Assembly (NCBI RefSeq): GCF_008831285.2 | Contig: NC_045138.2 | Location: 43,834,001 to 43,898,000 of the forward strand | Length of the DNA stretch: 64,000 nt | From: Nymphaea colorata | Taxonomy: Eukaryota | Reading direction: 5' to 3' | In this document: positions 37,831 to 52,100 of the stretch, piece after piece | Layout: the number at the start of each line of letters is the position of its first letter | Position numbering within the stretch: position 1 is the stretch's first letter | Notes under the pieces: generated by a model | Database searches by the model: none | Told to the model about the DNA's origin: nothing | Seen by the model: the letters and a program-made list of their open reading frames with translations, nothing else | Made by a program: the position numbers and the translations under genes

Positions 37831-38699
37831 AAACTTGTGAATTGGGGTCAGATGGACTGATCACCAAGTGAACTTTCATACTATATTTTCACTTTGTAAA
37901 ATTGCATTTAATCACTGAATCAAAAATTTCATTCATTAACATCAAATTATTAAAGTAAAAGGATAATATACTATAAATCAACCTAAGTGCTTAATAAAGC
38001 ATACATGGTTAAATGAGAAATTGGATAGACTAAAATGGGAATAGACCAATTTAGTTTAAAACAGTCAGTTCGTAGGATCCAATTCTGATTCTTCAAGTAC
38101 TCTAGCGCTATATGGGTCAAGTCTGGGTTCACGGGCTCACGGCCCGGTATATAGTCGATCCAAGCCAACTTGGGTAGTATATGAAAGAGGCTACATTGAT
38201 AGTTTAAGACAACGCATGTATTCATTTTTGTATATAAGTGTGTGTGATTTCTTGGTACTCTTGGTTTTCAGATCTTTGCTGGTACCCTAGAGGGCAAAGG
38301 ATTTAGCTAGTTTGCTGTCCTACTTTGAAGGCTCCACCTTTTGTTATTTCTCTTTTTCTGGTTTCTGCAAACTCAAGTGTGAACACTCAAAATTTTTAGA
38401 ACTTTAAATGATTATTTTACCCTTCACACTAGGATTTCTAATCACAAGAACATGGTTACTTTTGAACCAAACAAGCACAATTCATTTCAGCGTTGAGCAC
38501 ACGACTGTGTGTTCTTGGTGTCCATATGGGCCAGGAAGAGAGTAAACTTCCCGATCTCACTGTAAGGTTCGTGTACAAGCAGAGTTCGGGTTACAGATCG
38601 GAGACAAACCGATCCATTTGCGTTTCTTCTTCGCTTCTTTCTTTTTCCCGTCTTGCTTTTTCAACTGCGCGGTGGAGAGCGGGCGGTTCACGAGTCACG

Positions 38700-39275
38700 A
38701 TGAGTAGAATCTACTCTGCGAGGGCCTTGCTCTCGTCGGCGGCAGCATCTTCCTGGCGAGTTCGCCTGCTTGCTACCCGCAGCAACTTCCCCGACGCCAA
38801 GACCTACAAGCCCAAACGCTACAAGCTGCCGCCCTTTTACGACCCCTACGGCTCGCGGCCCCCTCCCTCCGACAAGGTCCTCCGCCTCGCCGAACGCATA
38901 GCATCTCTCTGCCCCCAGGAGCTCGAGCAGTTCGGCCCTTCCCTCAGTGAGCGCATTCGTGCACCCTGCCTCCTCCACGTATCCGGCTCCGAAGCTGCCG
39001 CTGCCGCTGGGGGAACGGCCGCATCTGACGCCGGTGAGGAGAAGAAGGCGGCCGTGGAGAAGACGGCTTTCGACGTCAAGCTGGAGAAGTTCGACGCGGC
39101 CGCGAAGATCAAGGTTATAAAAGAGGTTAGGGCGTTCACCAATTTGGGGCTGAAGGAAGCGAAGGAGCTCGTAGAGAAGGCACCCGTTGTGTTGAAGCAG
39201 GGCGTCAGCAAGGAAGAGGCCAACGACATCTTGGAGAAGATCAAGAGCGCGGGCGGGGTAGCCGTGATGGAGTGA
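38700..39275 (+). CDS. RPL12: Organellar (probably mitochondrial) ribosomal protein L7/L12, intronless, 191 aa
   Basis: C-terminal [43 protein letters not shown] domain, Ala-rich hinge and an Arg/Ser/Ala-rich presequence-like N-terminus from ATG 38700. Confidence 0.93.
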   Translation: MSRIYSARALLSSAAASSWRVRLLATRSNFPDAKTYKPKRYKLPPFYDPYGSRPPPSDKVLRLAERIASLCPQELEQFGPSLSERIRAPCLLHVSGSEAAAAAGGTAASDAGEEKKAAVEKTAFDVKLEKFDAAAKIKVIKEVRAFTNLGLKEAKELVEKAPVVLKQGVSKEEANDILEKIKSAGGVAVME

Positions 39276-39682
39276 AGCTATCTTCGAGCAGGGCAGATGT
39301 TCGTCCCAACTGGTTTCTGAGTTCCCATAGTGCTTTGAATTGTTTGAAATTCAAGCAAATTATTTCGGTTGTTTCTTGATCAGTTGCTGTGGCTTGTAAT
39401 GATGACATGGTCGTTTTTTCGCCTACTGATCGAGAAATTTAAATTGATTAAATGGATTGGAAATTGAGGATTTTGTCGAGGAACTGCCGGAGTTTCCTTT
39501 TTCTTTAGAATGCAGGGATATAATTGAGGGCAATGGAGTTTTGGTTCTTCTTCCATCAACTATTTCTACATTGTGGACAAGTTGGTGCGACGGCATTTTT
39601 GCCTCTCGTCATTATTAGTGACAGCAGGATGGCTCCTATCGTGGATTTTATCATTGTGAAACTTCTAATAATCAAAGTTATG

Positions 39683-42600
39683 TGTTAAGTTATGAGGCTC
39701 TTAGCAATTAAGTTCAGCCTAGCCACTAATTCTGAATTTATTAGCAGGCTGTTTTGGATCAAGAGTCTAGAAGGTTCTCACATTATGCGATTACGTTTTA
39801 ACAGAATTGGTTTTATATTCTGATTTTTTTTGTTTTTCATTATAATTCATTATTCTTGTATCGATGCTCCATAAAAGAGTGTTCATAGCCCTCAACTGTT
39901 GTGTGAATAATATATCTCACCTCTTTCTGTGCGTTTCCTTTTTCTCTACTTTGTTCTGCTCAGTTCTGCCCCATTGCAGTTTATTTACATGGTATCAGAG
40001 CATTGATCCATGGCAAACGCACAAATGCCTCCTGTCCAACCAATTTCTGAAGCTGCAACAGAAATCAATTCTGTCGACTTCTCAAGCCCCTTTTTCCTGC
40101 ATCACTCGGACAACCCTGGGACTGTATTGGTCTCTCAACTTCTGACGGGTGAGAACTATGCAACTTGGAGCCGTGCAATGCTCATGGCTCTCTCAGCCAA
40201 GAACAAGACCTCGTTTGTAGATGGCAGCCTTCCTCAACCGAAAATCATGGCACCTGAGTATTGTCTGTGGAATCGCTGCAATCACATGGTACTTTCCTGG
40301 CTCTTAAATTTCATTTCTCCTGATCTTATGCACAGTGTTATATATGCCTCAACGGCAGTAGAAGTCTGGAACGACCTCAAAGAAAGATTCACCCAAAGCA
40401 CTGCTCCTAGAAAATACCAAATCAAATCTGCCATCTCTCGACTGAATCAGGAATCTATGACTGTTGCTGTCTACTATACCAAGTTGAAAGCATTGTGGGA
40501 CGAGCTAGACTCTTATGATATTTTACCTAACTGTTCATGTGGTGCTCTGAGTAAAATATTTGTCAAGCAGCAAGAAGACAAAGTCATTCAGTTTCTCATG
40601 GGTCTGAATGACTCCTACAACACAATCCGTGGTCAGATCATTTTAATCGACCCTCTGCCATCAATCTCTAAAGTTTACTCACTGGTTCTCCAAGAGGAGA
40701 AGCAGCGTGAAGCGAGAAACTCCTTCAATCCTGTCGAACATGTGAGCTTGCTGTCAAATTCAAACAATAGATCAATGAGAAGCAAAGGGATCAGGAAGAA
40801 CCAATACTTCTGCACATACTGTCACATCACTGGACACACAAGAGACCGTTGCTTCAAATTAGTGGGCTATCCCACAAACCCAAAAGGAACAAAGCTGAGG
40901 GCTGACAAGGGTGCGACTGCGAACAACGTTGTTGATTCAGAAAAGAACGGTGGATATGGTACTACATCCAATGCTGCTGGTTCATCTCAAATTGGCATTG
41001 AAGCTGCCAAAGAGCCTGCCCAATCCCTGACTATTGATGAGTGTATCAAAATTAGGCAACTCCTGAAAGACAATTTTCTACCTCAAGTAAACTTTGCAGG
41101 TATGTCTCTTCATCAAACCAATTCTTGGATCGTTGATAGTGGTGCAACCGACCACATGTCATCTTCGTTAGAACTGATGTCCAACGTCACTCCTTTGACT
41201 ACTCTGTTTCCTATTCGATTACCTAATGATAAAATCATCTTTGCAACTCATATAGGTCAGGCTGTCCTTTCGCCCAGTTTAACACTTGACAATGTTTATT
41301 TCTTGCCTCACTTCAAATTCAATCTAATTTCTGTAAACAAACTTGTCAAACAGCTTGATTGCCTTATTACCTTCTCTGGTGAGTGTTGCTTTTTGCAGGA
41401 CCAGAACTCCATGATGAAGACTGGTCTGGGTGACTTGCGGAATGGACTATATGTTGCAAATTTCCTCAACAACTCCTTGAACTCTATGGCCTTCCATAGT
41501 AGTAGGTTCATCTCACCAGAAACGTGGCACATAAGGCTAGGACACCCGTCAATATCCAAAGGCCATCCCTTCTTGAAATGTGACTCTGGTATTGAGCAGT
41601 TGAACAAGCATTGTGACACTTGTAAACTGGCAAAACAGACCAGATTACCTTTTAACTCAAGTGAAACTGTTTCTACTGCAATCTTTGAACTTGTCCACTG
41701 CGATATTTGGGGTCCATACACTGAAGCATCACACTCTGGTGCAAAATACTTTCTGACTTTGGTTGATGATTTCTCCCGTGCTGTGTGGGTCTTCCTTATG
41801 AAACACAAAAGTGAGACTTCCTATCATCTGAAAAATTTTATAAACTTGAGCAAAAATCAGTTCAGCGCCAATGTACTGAAAATCAGATCAGACAATGGCA
41901 CTGAATTTTTTTCTGACAATCTGAAAATTTTCTTACTTGAAAAAGGGATTGAACATCATCATTCATGTGTTTATACCCCTCAACAGAACGGTGTTGTCGA
42001 AAGGAAACATCGACACATTCTTGATGTTGCGCGAGCACTAAAATTCCAATCAAGTGTTCTGCTAATCTTCTAGGATGAGTGTGTTCTCACAGCAGTATAC
42101 CTAATAAATAGAACACCATCCTTGTTACTACAGAACAAAACACCATATGAAATCTTAATGGGAAAGAAACCAGAATATTCTCACCGCAGATCTTTTGGTT
42201 GTCTTTGCTATGCAACTAACATTTATCCCAAATCCAAGTTTGATCCGAGAGCCATCCGATGCATTTTCTTGGGCTATCCTCAGGGACAAAAAGCCTACAA
42301 GGTGTGTGATTTGCAAACCAAAAGAGTTTTCACTAGTCATGATGTTATATTTTATGAAAATATATTCCCATTTAAACTTGTTGCAAAACCACAAGTATCA
42401 CCTGTTATTCCACTGCCTCTTACAGATGATCACATGGAGACAATTGATGGTCGTTTAGACACCAATAACCCAAGGGCCCAACCACCTCAGTATGACACAA
42501 CTTTCCCTTCATCAGAATCACATTCTCAATTACATAACCAAAACCATCATGATATCGACTCCATCGAAAACCCTCAAGCTGTGGGAACTGAAACTGAACC

Positions 42601-44722
42601 TGAACCAAACTCATTAACACATCCTAATACTGCCCAACCTTGTGAACTGAGACGCTCCACCAGGCTACGCAGACAATCAGTACTCGTGAGAGATTTTTAC
42701 TGCAATGCAACTGTCCTAAAGTCACTCAACCAATCTTCATCTGGAAATCGGTCTAGCACAAGGTATCCTCTCTCCAACTCATTATCTTTCTCTAATTTGT
42801 CTGATTGTCATACTACCTACCTTTTAAATATCTCTCGCTACACCGAACCTTCATCCTACAGTCAAGCAATACAAGACTCTAGGTGGACAAATGCTATGCG
42901 AGATGAACTAAAAGCATTGGAGAGCAACAATACCTGGACACTCACTCAACTGCCAGAAGGTGCCAAACTGATTCCCTGCAAATGGATATATCGCATCAAA
43001 TATAAATCAAATGGAGAAATAGCGCGATTCAAGGCCAGATTAGTGGCAAAGGGCTTTGCACAGATTGAAGGAATTGATTACGATGAAACATACGCTCCCG
43101 TAGCAAAATTGACAACTGTACGATGCCTGCTATCAGTAGCTGCAAAGAGAAATTGGCTGCTTCATCAAATGGATGTATACAACGCCTTTTTAAATGGAGA
43201 TCTTGAAGAAGATATATACATGATGTTGCCGCCAGGGTATGGCAGCAAAAAGGAAAATAGAATTTGCAAACTGAACAAGTCCATCTATGAACTCAAACAA
43301 ACTCCCCGCAATTGGTTTGCCAAATTCTCTTCAGCCATTGCCACATATGGTTTCAAGCAATCGAAAAGTGATTATTCGTTGTTCACATTGCATCAAAGGT
43401 CAGTGTTCTTAGTTGTGCTGGTATATGTAGATGACTTAATCATTGCAGGAAATGATCAAGGAAGAATTGATGACTTCAAGAATTATTTGAACCAACAATT
43501 TCGTATGAAAGACTTGGGTACCCTTAAATACTTCCTAGATTGGAACTGTCTCGCTCCAAGCAGGGAATCTTCCTTTCACAAAGAAAATACACATGCGACA
43601 TTTTAGATGAAGCTGGATTGATCAATGCTAAGCCAACTGATATACCAATGCAGTTCAAACAGAACCTGTCAGCAAGCTGTGGAGAACCCCTAAAAGATGG
43701 CTCAACATTTAGAAGATTGGTTGGGCGTTTGATCTATCTGACCATTACCAGGCCCGACATCATGTTTGTTGTACACTCACTCAGTCGCCATATGCAAAAT
43801 CCCACCACAGTTCATTTCAACTCAGCACTCAAGGTCTTACGCTACCTCAAGAACAGTCCTGGACAAGGTCTTCTTTTCTCAAGCAATGACAATGATCAGA
43901 TAATTGCTTATTGCGATGCTGATTGGGCAGCATGCAAAGACACTCGTCGATCCATTACTGGGTATCCATTACTGGGTATTGTGTCTTCCTGGGCCAAAGT
44001 CTTGTCTCATGGAAGACCAAAAAACAGCACACCATCTCAAGGTCATCAGCTGAAGCTGAATACAGGTCTCTAGCCAATGTGTGTTGTGAAGTTCTGTGGT
44101 TAAAAAATCTTCTGTCAGACCTAAAAGTTACACAATCTTCTCCAGTCTTGCTAATGTGTGACAATAAATCAGCCATACAAATGGCAGCCAATCCTGTGCA
44201 TCACGAAAGGACCAAACATGTTGAGTTGGACTGTCACTTAGTCCGTGACTTGGTGAAAAACAAAACTGTAGCAACCAAGTATATACCTTCTAACTTGCAA
44301 GTGGCAGATTTATTTACCAAGGCTCTCCCAAAGGACAGATTCATGTTTCTAAGAGGCAAACTGGGCATGAGCAATCTCCATGCACCAGTTTGAAGGGGGT
44401 GTGTTAAGTTATGAGGCTCTTAGCAATTAAGTTCAGCCTAGCCACTAATTCTGAATTTATTAGCAGGCTGTTTTGGATCAAGAGTCTAGAAGGTTCTCAC
44501 CTTATGCGAAGACAGCTAAGTGGTTACGTTTTAATAGAATTGGTTTTATATTCTGATTTTTTCTGTTTTTCATTATAATTCATTATTCTTGTATCGATGC
44601 TCCATAAAAGAGTGTTCATAGCCCTCAACTGTTGTGTGAATAATATATCTCACCTCTTTCTGTGCGTTTCCTTTTTCTCTACTTTGTTCTGCTCTGTTCT
44701 GCCCCATTGCAGTTTATTCACA
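39683..44722 (+). mobile_element. Full-length, decaying Ty1/Copia element
   Basis: LTRs at 39683-39989 and 44402-44722 differ by a 14-bp indel and about 5 substitutions. TSD TTATG; PBS at 39990-40001; PPT gaagggggtg. Confidence 0.95.
40010..44393 (+). pseudogene. Copia gag-pol with intact gag and disrupted pol
   Basis: [35 protein letters not shown] at 42071-42073 where Trp is expected, a frameshift near 43540, and a 14-bp duplication tccattactgggta at 43951-43978. Confidence 0.9.
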
Positions 44723-46124
44723 TTATGCTTGGCTATGTTAAGTTGGCTACGAATTCGAACTGTATGAATGGATTCCTACAAAGTTCTTGAGGAGGTTATT
44801 TGTTTTAACTCTGCTCCCTTTGAGAACTTCTGGTCTATGGGGCCGTAGACGAGAAGCTCTCTAGTGAGAGACAACGCTGCCAATAACAGTCAGTGTTGTC
44901 GGCCTCACGGAGCAGAGAACCTTACAAGAGCAGAAGGGAAAAACATATACCTTGATAAACATATACCTTGATTGGGATTTTTAACCCCTCTCTTACAACC
45001 GTGAAATACACTGTGATTAAATGCACCTGCTTCATCCTGTTGCCTTGTGTGCCTTTTTTTTTTATCTGATGTAGCCCACGAGCTTTAAAACAGAGCGACG
45101 AAAATTGTTCAATGGTTGAGGGCTTTTGGTTCCTGCCATTCTCAAATCTTTCACCTCTAATAACCCACTTTCTTGTAAAACCTCGACTCCTCTGCTCCTG
45201 CCTTCTCTGCCGACGAGCAGCATTCGCCCGATTGTCTGGAACCAGTCCTCTCTTTGTGTTGGTGGTAGAGAGGCAATTTTGGTTGGACGCCTTGCAGACC
45301 TCCTCCTGTCGTTCTTTTGAAGTCTGCTGGTTCACTCTTGTCTCAACAAAAACAGAGACTGTGGAAGCCATTTACATTGAGCTTCCACTTTTGGGAGGTT
45401 GTCTTCCTCAAAGAAAAGAGAAGCAGCACAAAGGAGACTGCGGCCGAAATCACCGTGCAGTGCGGTGGAAATAGAGGAGGACGGCCTTCTCTTAGTGGCG
45501 GTGGTGGTAGATGGGCAGAGGCAGCATTGGTGACGCGGGAGGCGAAACCCTCTGTTAGGGTTCCACGAGAGGAAAGAGGAAGCTCGAGAGGAGAGAGAAA
45601 AACAAGCGTAAAATGAGGAAGAACGAGGGACAGGTTGCTTTTATAGTCAAAATTTATTACAAATTTAGACCACCTCATTAGCAAAATGTTTTAAAACGCT
45701 ATCAGACTTAGTAGGAATTAAAGCCGCAATATTTTTGCTAAAAAGTTTTTCAAAAAGAGGCTCACGAAAGATATTTTCATCAGGAACTTTATATGAAATT
45801 TCTTGTGGGCACCCTCAGAGTTATTATAAATTGCTATAAGAGGGTTCCGAAAAAATATTTTACAATTTCAACAAAAAACCATGCTTTTATGCAAAAATAC
45901 GTATAGCACCCTCTAACTTGTTAAACGGTGGAGAAAGAGGGTTCTGAAATAAACTCTGAAAAGAGAGATGAGAGATGCATGTTCTAAATTTTAATCTAAA
46001 GTCTTCTTGTTCTAAATATTGTTATTGTTTTAGAATGTTATATGAGATTTTTGATGTGATATTCATTGTGATGTTTTTTCTTTTTTTACTGTTCTTTACT
46101 TGTCATGAAAAATTAATTTAGAAA

Positions 46125-49100
46125 TGACATCAAGAGTGGGAACCTCTCAATTAACCAAGACTGAGAAATCTAGTTGGTCCTAACTATGGAAAGACTCATT
46201 TATGTGATCAACCAGTCTTTTCCCGCTTTAAGAGATAAACCTACAAATGAGAAAAGAAGGGCATATGAGTCATTTACCTCTGATGACTTGATGGCTAAAA
46301 CCATCATATTAGCTTTTATGGAAGATGATCACATCAGGGTATTTGAGGATTTCCAAATACAACACTACTACTCTGATGCACGTACAGTTACTGTTAGAAC
46401 AGTATAATTCTTATAGGATGAAAGAGTCAAACAAATGTAATGGATCATGTAAATAAAATGTTGATCATGGCTAAAGATTTAGCTGTGGTGGGGAATGTCA
46501 TATCTGACAACATGTAGATTAGCACAATCCTGAACAGCCTACCTCCTTCCTGGGATGTGGCAGTCACTGCCTTGTGCCTCCAATTTGATAATCTTACTTT
46601 AAAAAAGCTTCCTCTACATTTAGTTCTACAGCAACAACATCTGATCAAGAAAAAGAATGCAGAACTGATGATAGTCCAGGAAAAACCTGCTAGTAGTCAT
46701 GTGCCTGTAAGACCAAAACAATTTAAAAATAGAAACAATGGTAAGTTCAAGGACAATTTTGCAGGTACTAAAAAATTTAAGGAGTTATAGTGAAATGCTA
46801 CAGATGTGAAAAGCCTGGACACATCAGGAAGAACTGCAGGACAAAGTTCTCGAATAAGAAAGATTGCAATGGTCAGGAGAACAACAACAGGATGAAGCCG
46901 CAATGGGACTCTGACAGAGAAGTTATCTGTGTCATGTCAGAATGTGTTTATTTTAGTTGTTTGGGTCCAAATGTTTTATTTTAATACAGTGCATTTGTTT
47001 ATGTTTTGGTCATGACTCAATGTTGCTTCCGCTATTATAGAAATGAAAAGAAAATTTTTGGTGTCAAAAAATTGGGTCGTGACATCGAATACTGTAAAGA
47101 CCTTGGAATTAATAGGCAAAAGACCATGCTTAGGACACCACGACAAAATGGTGTGGCTAAGAGGTGTAACAGAACCCTCTTGAACATGGTGAGATCCACG
47201 TTGGCAGGTGCAAAATTGCCAAAAGATTTTTGGGGTGAAGCTGTGTTAACAGCTATGTATATAATAAATCGAGTGGCCAAGCAGTCCCAACCACTCTTTA
47301 TGAGAGATGGACTGGTGTAAAACCAGATCTGAGATATCTGAGGAGATGGGGATCTGTAGCACACATGAAAATTCTAGATCTAAAAATGGATAAATTAGAT
47401 AACAGATCAGTAAGATGTGTATTTATTGGATATCCAAAAGGATCCAAAGGCTACAGATTGTATCATTCAACTATGAAACTTATAGAAAGTAGAGATGTAG
47501 AGTTCATAGAAGAACTCAATAATAAAGATGTTGATCGAGTTGAATATCGAAATGATATGCTGGATGATTTAATTTATTCAGAGGAACAATCTGGTAATGA
47601 ACCGACTGGATATCAGTTTGGTAATGAACCAACTGAGCAGGAATCGTCTGAGGAATAGTCTGGTAATGAACCGACTGAAGATTAGTTAGGCAATGACACA
47701 ACTGATCTGAGTACCTCGTCATCTCAGACGTCATCAGGACATAAAAGACCTAGAGCTTCTCCTTCATATTTGAATGATTATTATGTATATCTGGCAGAGA
47801 AGTTATACTATTTAGCAGATATTGATGAAATGTCTGACAATCTGACATATGACGAAGCCATAAGCTCGCATGAATCGTCAGATTGAATGAATGCTATGGA
47901 TGAAGAAATTGAATCCATAGAAAAGAACAAGGTTTGAGAGTTAGTAGATCTTTCTAATGATAGAAAACTCATTAGATGCAAATGGGTGCTAAGGAAGAAG
48001 TATAAAGCTGACGGATTAGTCGAGAAATTGAAAGCTAAACTGGTGGCGAAAGGTTTTTCTTAAAAGAAAAGAATTGATTACTCAGAAACCTATTCGCCAG
48101 TTTCAAAGTTTGTATCAATTATAATAATTTTGGCTATCGCAGCATTCTATGAATTGGATATTTGTAAGATGGATGTGAAAACTACTTTCCTGAATGGTGA
48201 GCTGAAGGAAACTATAAATATGACTCAACCACAGGGGTATGTCATCAAGGAAAAGGTAGACAAAGTGTACAAGTTGAATAAATCGTTGTACGGATTGAAT
48301 CTGTCACCTAGACAGTGGTATTTTGTTTTGTACAAAGTAATTACAAAACTTGGGTTCGTTGCAAACCAACTAGACCACTGTGTATATATTTGAAAAAATA
48401 GGAGTCTTTTCTGTATCCTATCATTATATGTTGATGATATATTACTAAAAGGAAATGATAACGATATGATATTCAAAATGAAGACTTGGCTGAACAAAAA
48501 CTTTAAAATGAAGGACTTGGGTGAAGCATCCTATATATTAGGAATAAAGATCACTCGGGATAGAAACTCAAGAATCCTGAGTTTAAGCCAAGAACAATAT
48601 ATTGATTATATCTTAAAGAAATTCTGTATGTTAAACTGCAAACCAATTGAGACTCCTATAGCTAAAAGAGCAAACTTAAGCAGAAGTGATTATCCTGGTG
48701 AAGGACAACAAAAGTTAAATGTTCCATATGCACAAGCGGCTGACAGTCTGATGTATTTAATGCTTTGTACTAGACCAGACATAAGCTTTCCCATCGGTCT
48801 GGTGAATCGTTATCAAAGTAATCCTGGATGACCTCACTGACAAGTAGTCAAAAGGATTTTTTTGGTACATTAAGGGGGCGTTTGTTACGCCGGAAAAAGA
48901 CTGTTCACTGAGAAAAATATTTCAAATATTCAAAATTTTTCCATCCTAACAAACGCAGGAAAATTTTTTTGACCGTCTAGGTCGATTCCGGAACTTTTTT
49001 TCCGGAAAAAAATTTCCACCTGGAGAGACGGAAATTTTTTTTCGGAAATTTTTAAGCGACCGTTGGGGCACGGTCGCGCGTTTCGCTTCTTCCCTCAGTC

Positions 49101-52100
49101 GCCTCTCGCAGCCGCAGCCCTCTTCGTCTTCGTCCTCACGCAGGCCATTTCGTCTTCGTCCTCACGCAGCCCTCTTCGTCTTCGTCCTCACGCAATGCAG
49201 ACTGTGCGTCGTCACGCGCCGTGAAGCAGGAGGTTCATTTCTCCCGCGGCTTCTCTTCCACTCTCGGTGCGTCGGGCATCTATCGCCGGCCGGCGGTGAA
49301 AGGTACATCCATTTCTCTCCGATTTCTCTCTCTTTCCGGCTGTTCTCTTTTTTTTTCTCGCTCTCCCTCTTTCAATCTCGCTTTCTGTGGCACCCTTTTC
49401 TCCATTCCGCCCATGACCGTGCCCTAACGGATTTTAATCACGGCCCATTCGATCGTCTTCCTCTTGCAGGGTTGCAGAAATCGCGTCCCCTCATCAGTGT
49501 GCTCACTGTCAGCACTTCAGCAGCATTCATCTTCTGTCAAGTTCGAGCCAGTCGACTGAAGCTAGACGACCCTCTTGCTTCGTGCGCGTTCCTGTTTCAG
49601 GTCATATTTCTCTCCTGCTTTTTCTCTGTTCCTGTTGATTATTTGCAAGGTAAGATTGTAAAGTTGGGAGGCAGTCTGATTCTGTTCTTTATCCTGTTTC
49701 TTTTGTTTTCCCCAAATCTCTGATTCTTTATCCTGCGTGCAATTGACATCCGAAGATGTCAAAAATTTCTCTGGGTGGAAGAATTTGCAGAAAGAGCGTC
49801 CTACTGATGTACATATGTTGGCTCCCGTTTCTTGTTTCTTGTTTCTGTGAGGTGGGCGGGACCACTGATTGTTTTACACTGAAGGCAGTTTGTCCTAAGT
49901 AAATATTAGAAAAGGATCTGTTCTAACTTCACTTTGAAACTGATTTCATTGTGGAGTAAGGGCAGGACCTAATTGATCTGATGGATGGCCTCCCTCTGGT
50001 CCGGAAGCGTTTTCTTGCTCGTTCAGGGCAAGCAAGCATACTTTTTGTCTTTTTGAAAATCTTTGGAAAAGCAAAACGGAGTTGAAAAGAAAAGGAAAAA
50101 GAATAACCAGGTTGATTTTTTAATTTGCTGAACAAGGATGTTCTCGGGTTCAAATTTTAGGGCTTTTAACTTGGTGCTCTCCGTTCCAGGCCAAGTTCTG
50201 CTTGTATCATTCAAGCATGAAAAGCTTGCATTTGGAAGCCAATTGTTCCTGTGCTGAGTTATATCACCAGCCTATGGATAGGATTGGCTTCTTACCTGTA
50301 CTAATCAAAGCCAATCATACAAAGGATAAAGAATACACAATCTTCTCCCTACACAGACAGTAGCGCATTAGCAACCTCAGTGGGAAGAAGAACAATAACA
50401 TGACTAATAAAAGTCTGCAAAATCCTCTTGCCAACACCTGTCTGCCTTAGTAACTAATGAGTCCTAACTTCACCTATGTCCTGCGCAGTAACAACCTCAA
50501 GGGTTAGAGAAAAATATTCAACCAAGAAAAAGCAAAAAACCAGAAGAAACTGTGGTCGTGTTTATACAGCTTTACAATGTTTGTGTATCTTGAACGGGCT
50601 TGTATGTATTTTATAGTTGAATGAGAATATAAAAAACTAGATCAGTCCAATCACCGTGTAATTTCTCTATTTAGCATCTAATGAAAATAGTTAAATATAA
50701 TGGATCGGTTATCATGCTGCTTTAGAAGTGATCATTTACTCTTTATTATCATCTTTATTATTATTGTTATTGTTATTTTATATCACAGAGAGAGGGAACG
50801 AGACAGGAACTGAAATCTTTTGCATACTACAAAATCACATTCTCTACATGTTTGAGGTTTGTTTATGTTATATTGTTGTTAGTTTTTGTACTCAGAATAT
50901 ATACGCTCATTACGATTTAATCTCTGTCAAAATGTGATGTTTATGTTTATGTTTCCAGGACTGATCGAAGATGAAGCACCGACATCAAACTTAGAATTAA
51001 TTTTCTGGAAATCTGGAAATATATTTCTGTACCATCAAACTCAGAAATATAGAATTGGAAATATATTTCTGAGTCATCACACACACAGCAAAATTGGAAT
51101 TGGAAAGATTTTTCCCATTCTATTTTTTCATTTCTCATATTTCCAGTAATATATTTCCAGAAATATATTTCCAGGCCATCAAACGGCCCCTAAAGGAACG
51201 AAAGGACTAAAATTGTCCTACCAAACCGATGACCTAACTTTAGTTGGCTATTCCGATGCAGATTTTGCAGGATGCAAAGATGACAGTAAGTCTACTTCAG
51301 GGTATGTTTTACTCTTTGGAGGTGGTGCGATAGCCTGATCTGGTAAAAAACAAGAATGTGCTGCTCAGCACACTCTGGAAGCAGAGTAGCTTGTAATGTT
51401 GCAATTACTTTTGTTGTCTGGATAAATCGGTTCTTGAAAGACTTGAAATTAGATCTTGCTCATGAACCAATTCAACTGTATTGTGATAATCAGACAACAA
51501 TATTTCTTATGAAGAATGGAGCTGTTAGCTCAAAGAGTAAACATATAATGGTGAAATGCCATTATGTTCATGAAATGATCGAGAAAAATGAAATCTCGGT
51601 TGATTACTTGCCTACCAATGATATAGTAGTTGATCCCTTAACTAAGGGAATATTTGAAAACTTGTTTTCAAAACATGTAGCCCATATGAAATTAAGATAT
51701 ATCAGAAAGGTTGCGAAGGAAAAACCAGTGAATGAAAAACCTCGCTGTAAATCCTGAACAAAGTTACAATGAAAAAACCAGTTATGAAAAATCACGTAAC
51801 TAACTAAATAAAAAAGCCTACATATAGTGGAAACAAACTGGCGGTCTCATGGCCAAGTGGGAGATGTTGAATAGTGGCCATTGAGTTCTATCCGAATATC
51901 TCGTAACTGCAAGAAAGCTATGAGTTTTACTCAAAAAGTTATCTTGAAATAAAGTTCATCTTTATCTCAACCTATTCCTAAAAATCTCTCATGCTAACCG
52001 CTGCTATATTTGGGAAAAACCTAAGGGGCAGACTATTTATATCCAGTAACACTTTCAGTTGATTTTGCAAGAAGATTACATGAGAGGAGCCCCTTAGAAG

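Noticed and set aside
38493..38699. 69-aa N-terminal extension of RPL12 in the ORF track
   Set aside because: Begins at TTG and spans promoter/5'UTR-like sequence (TGGGCC site II motif, CT-rich tract). ATG 38700 gives a normal presequence.
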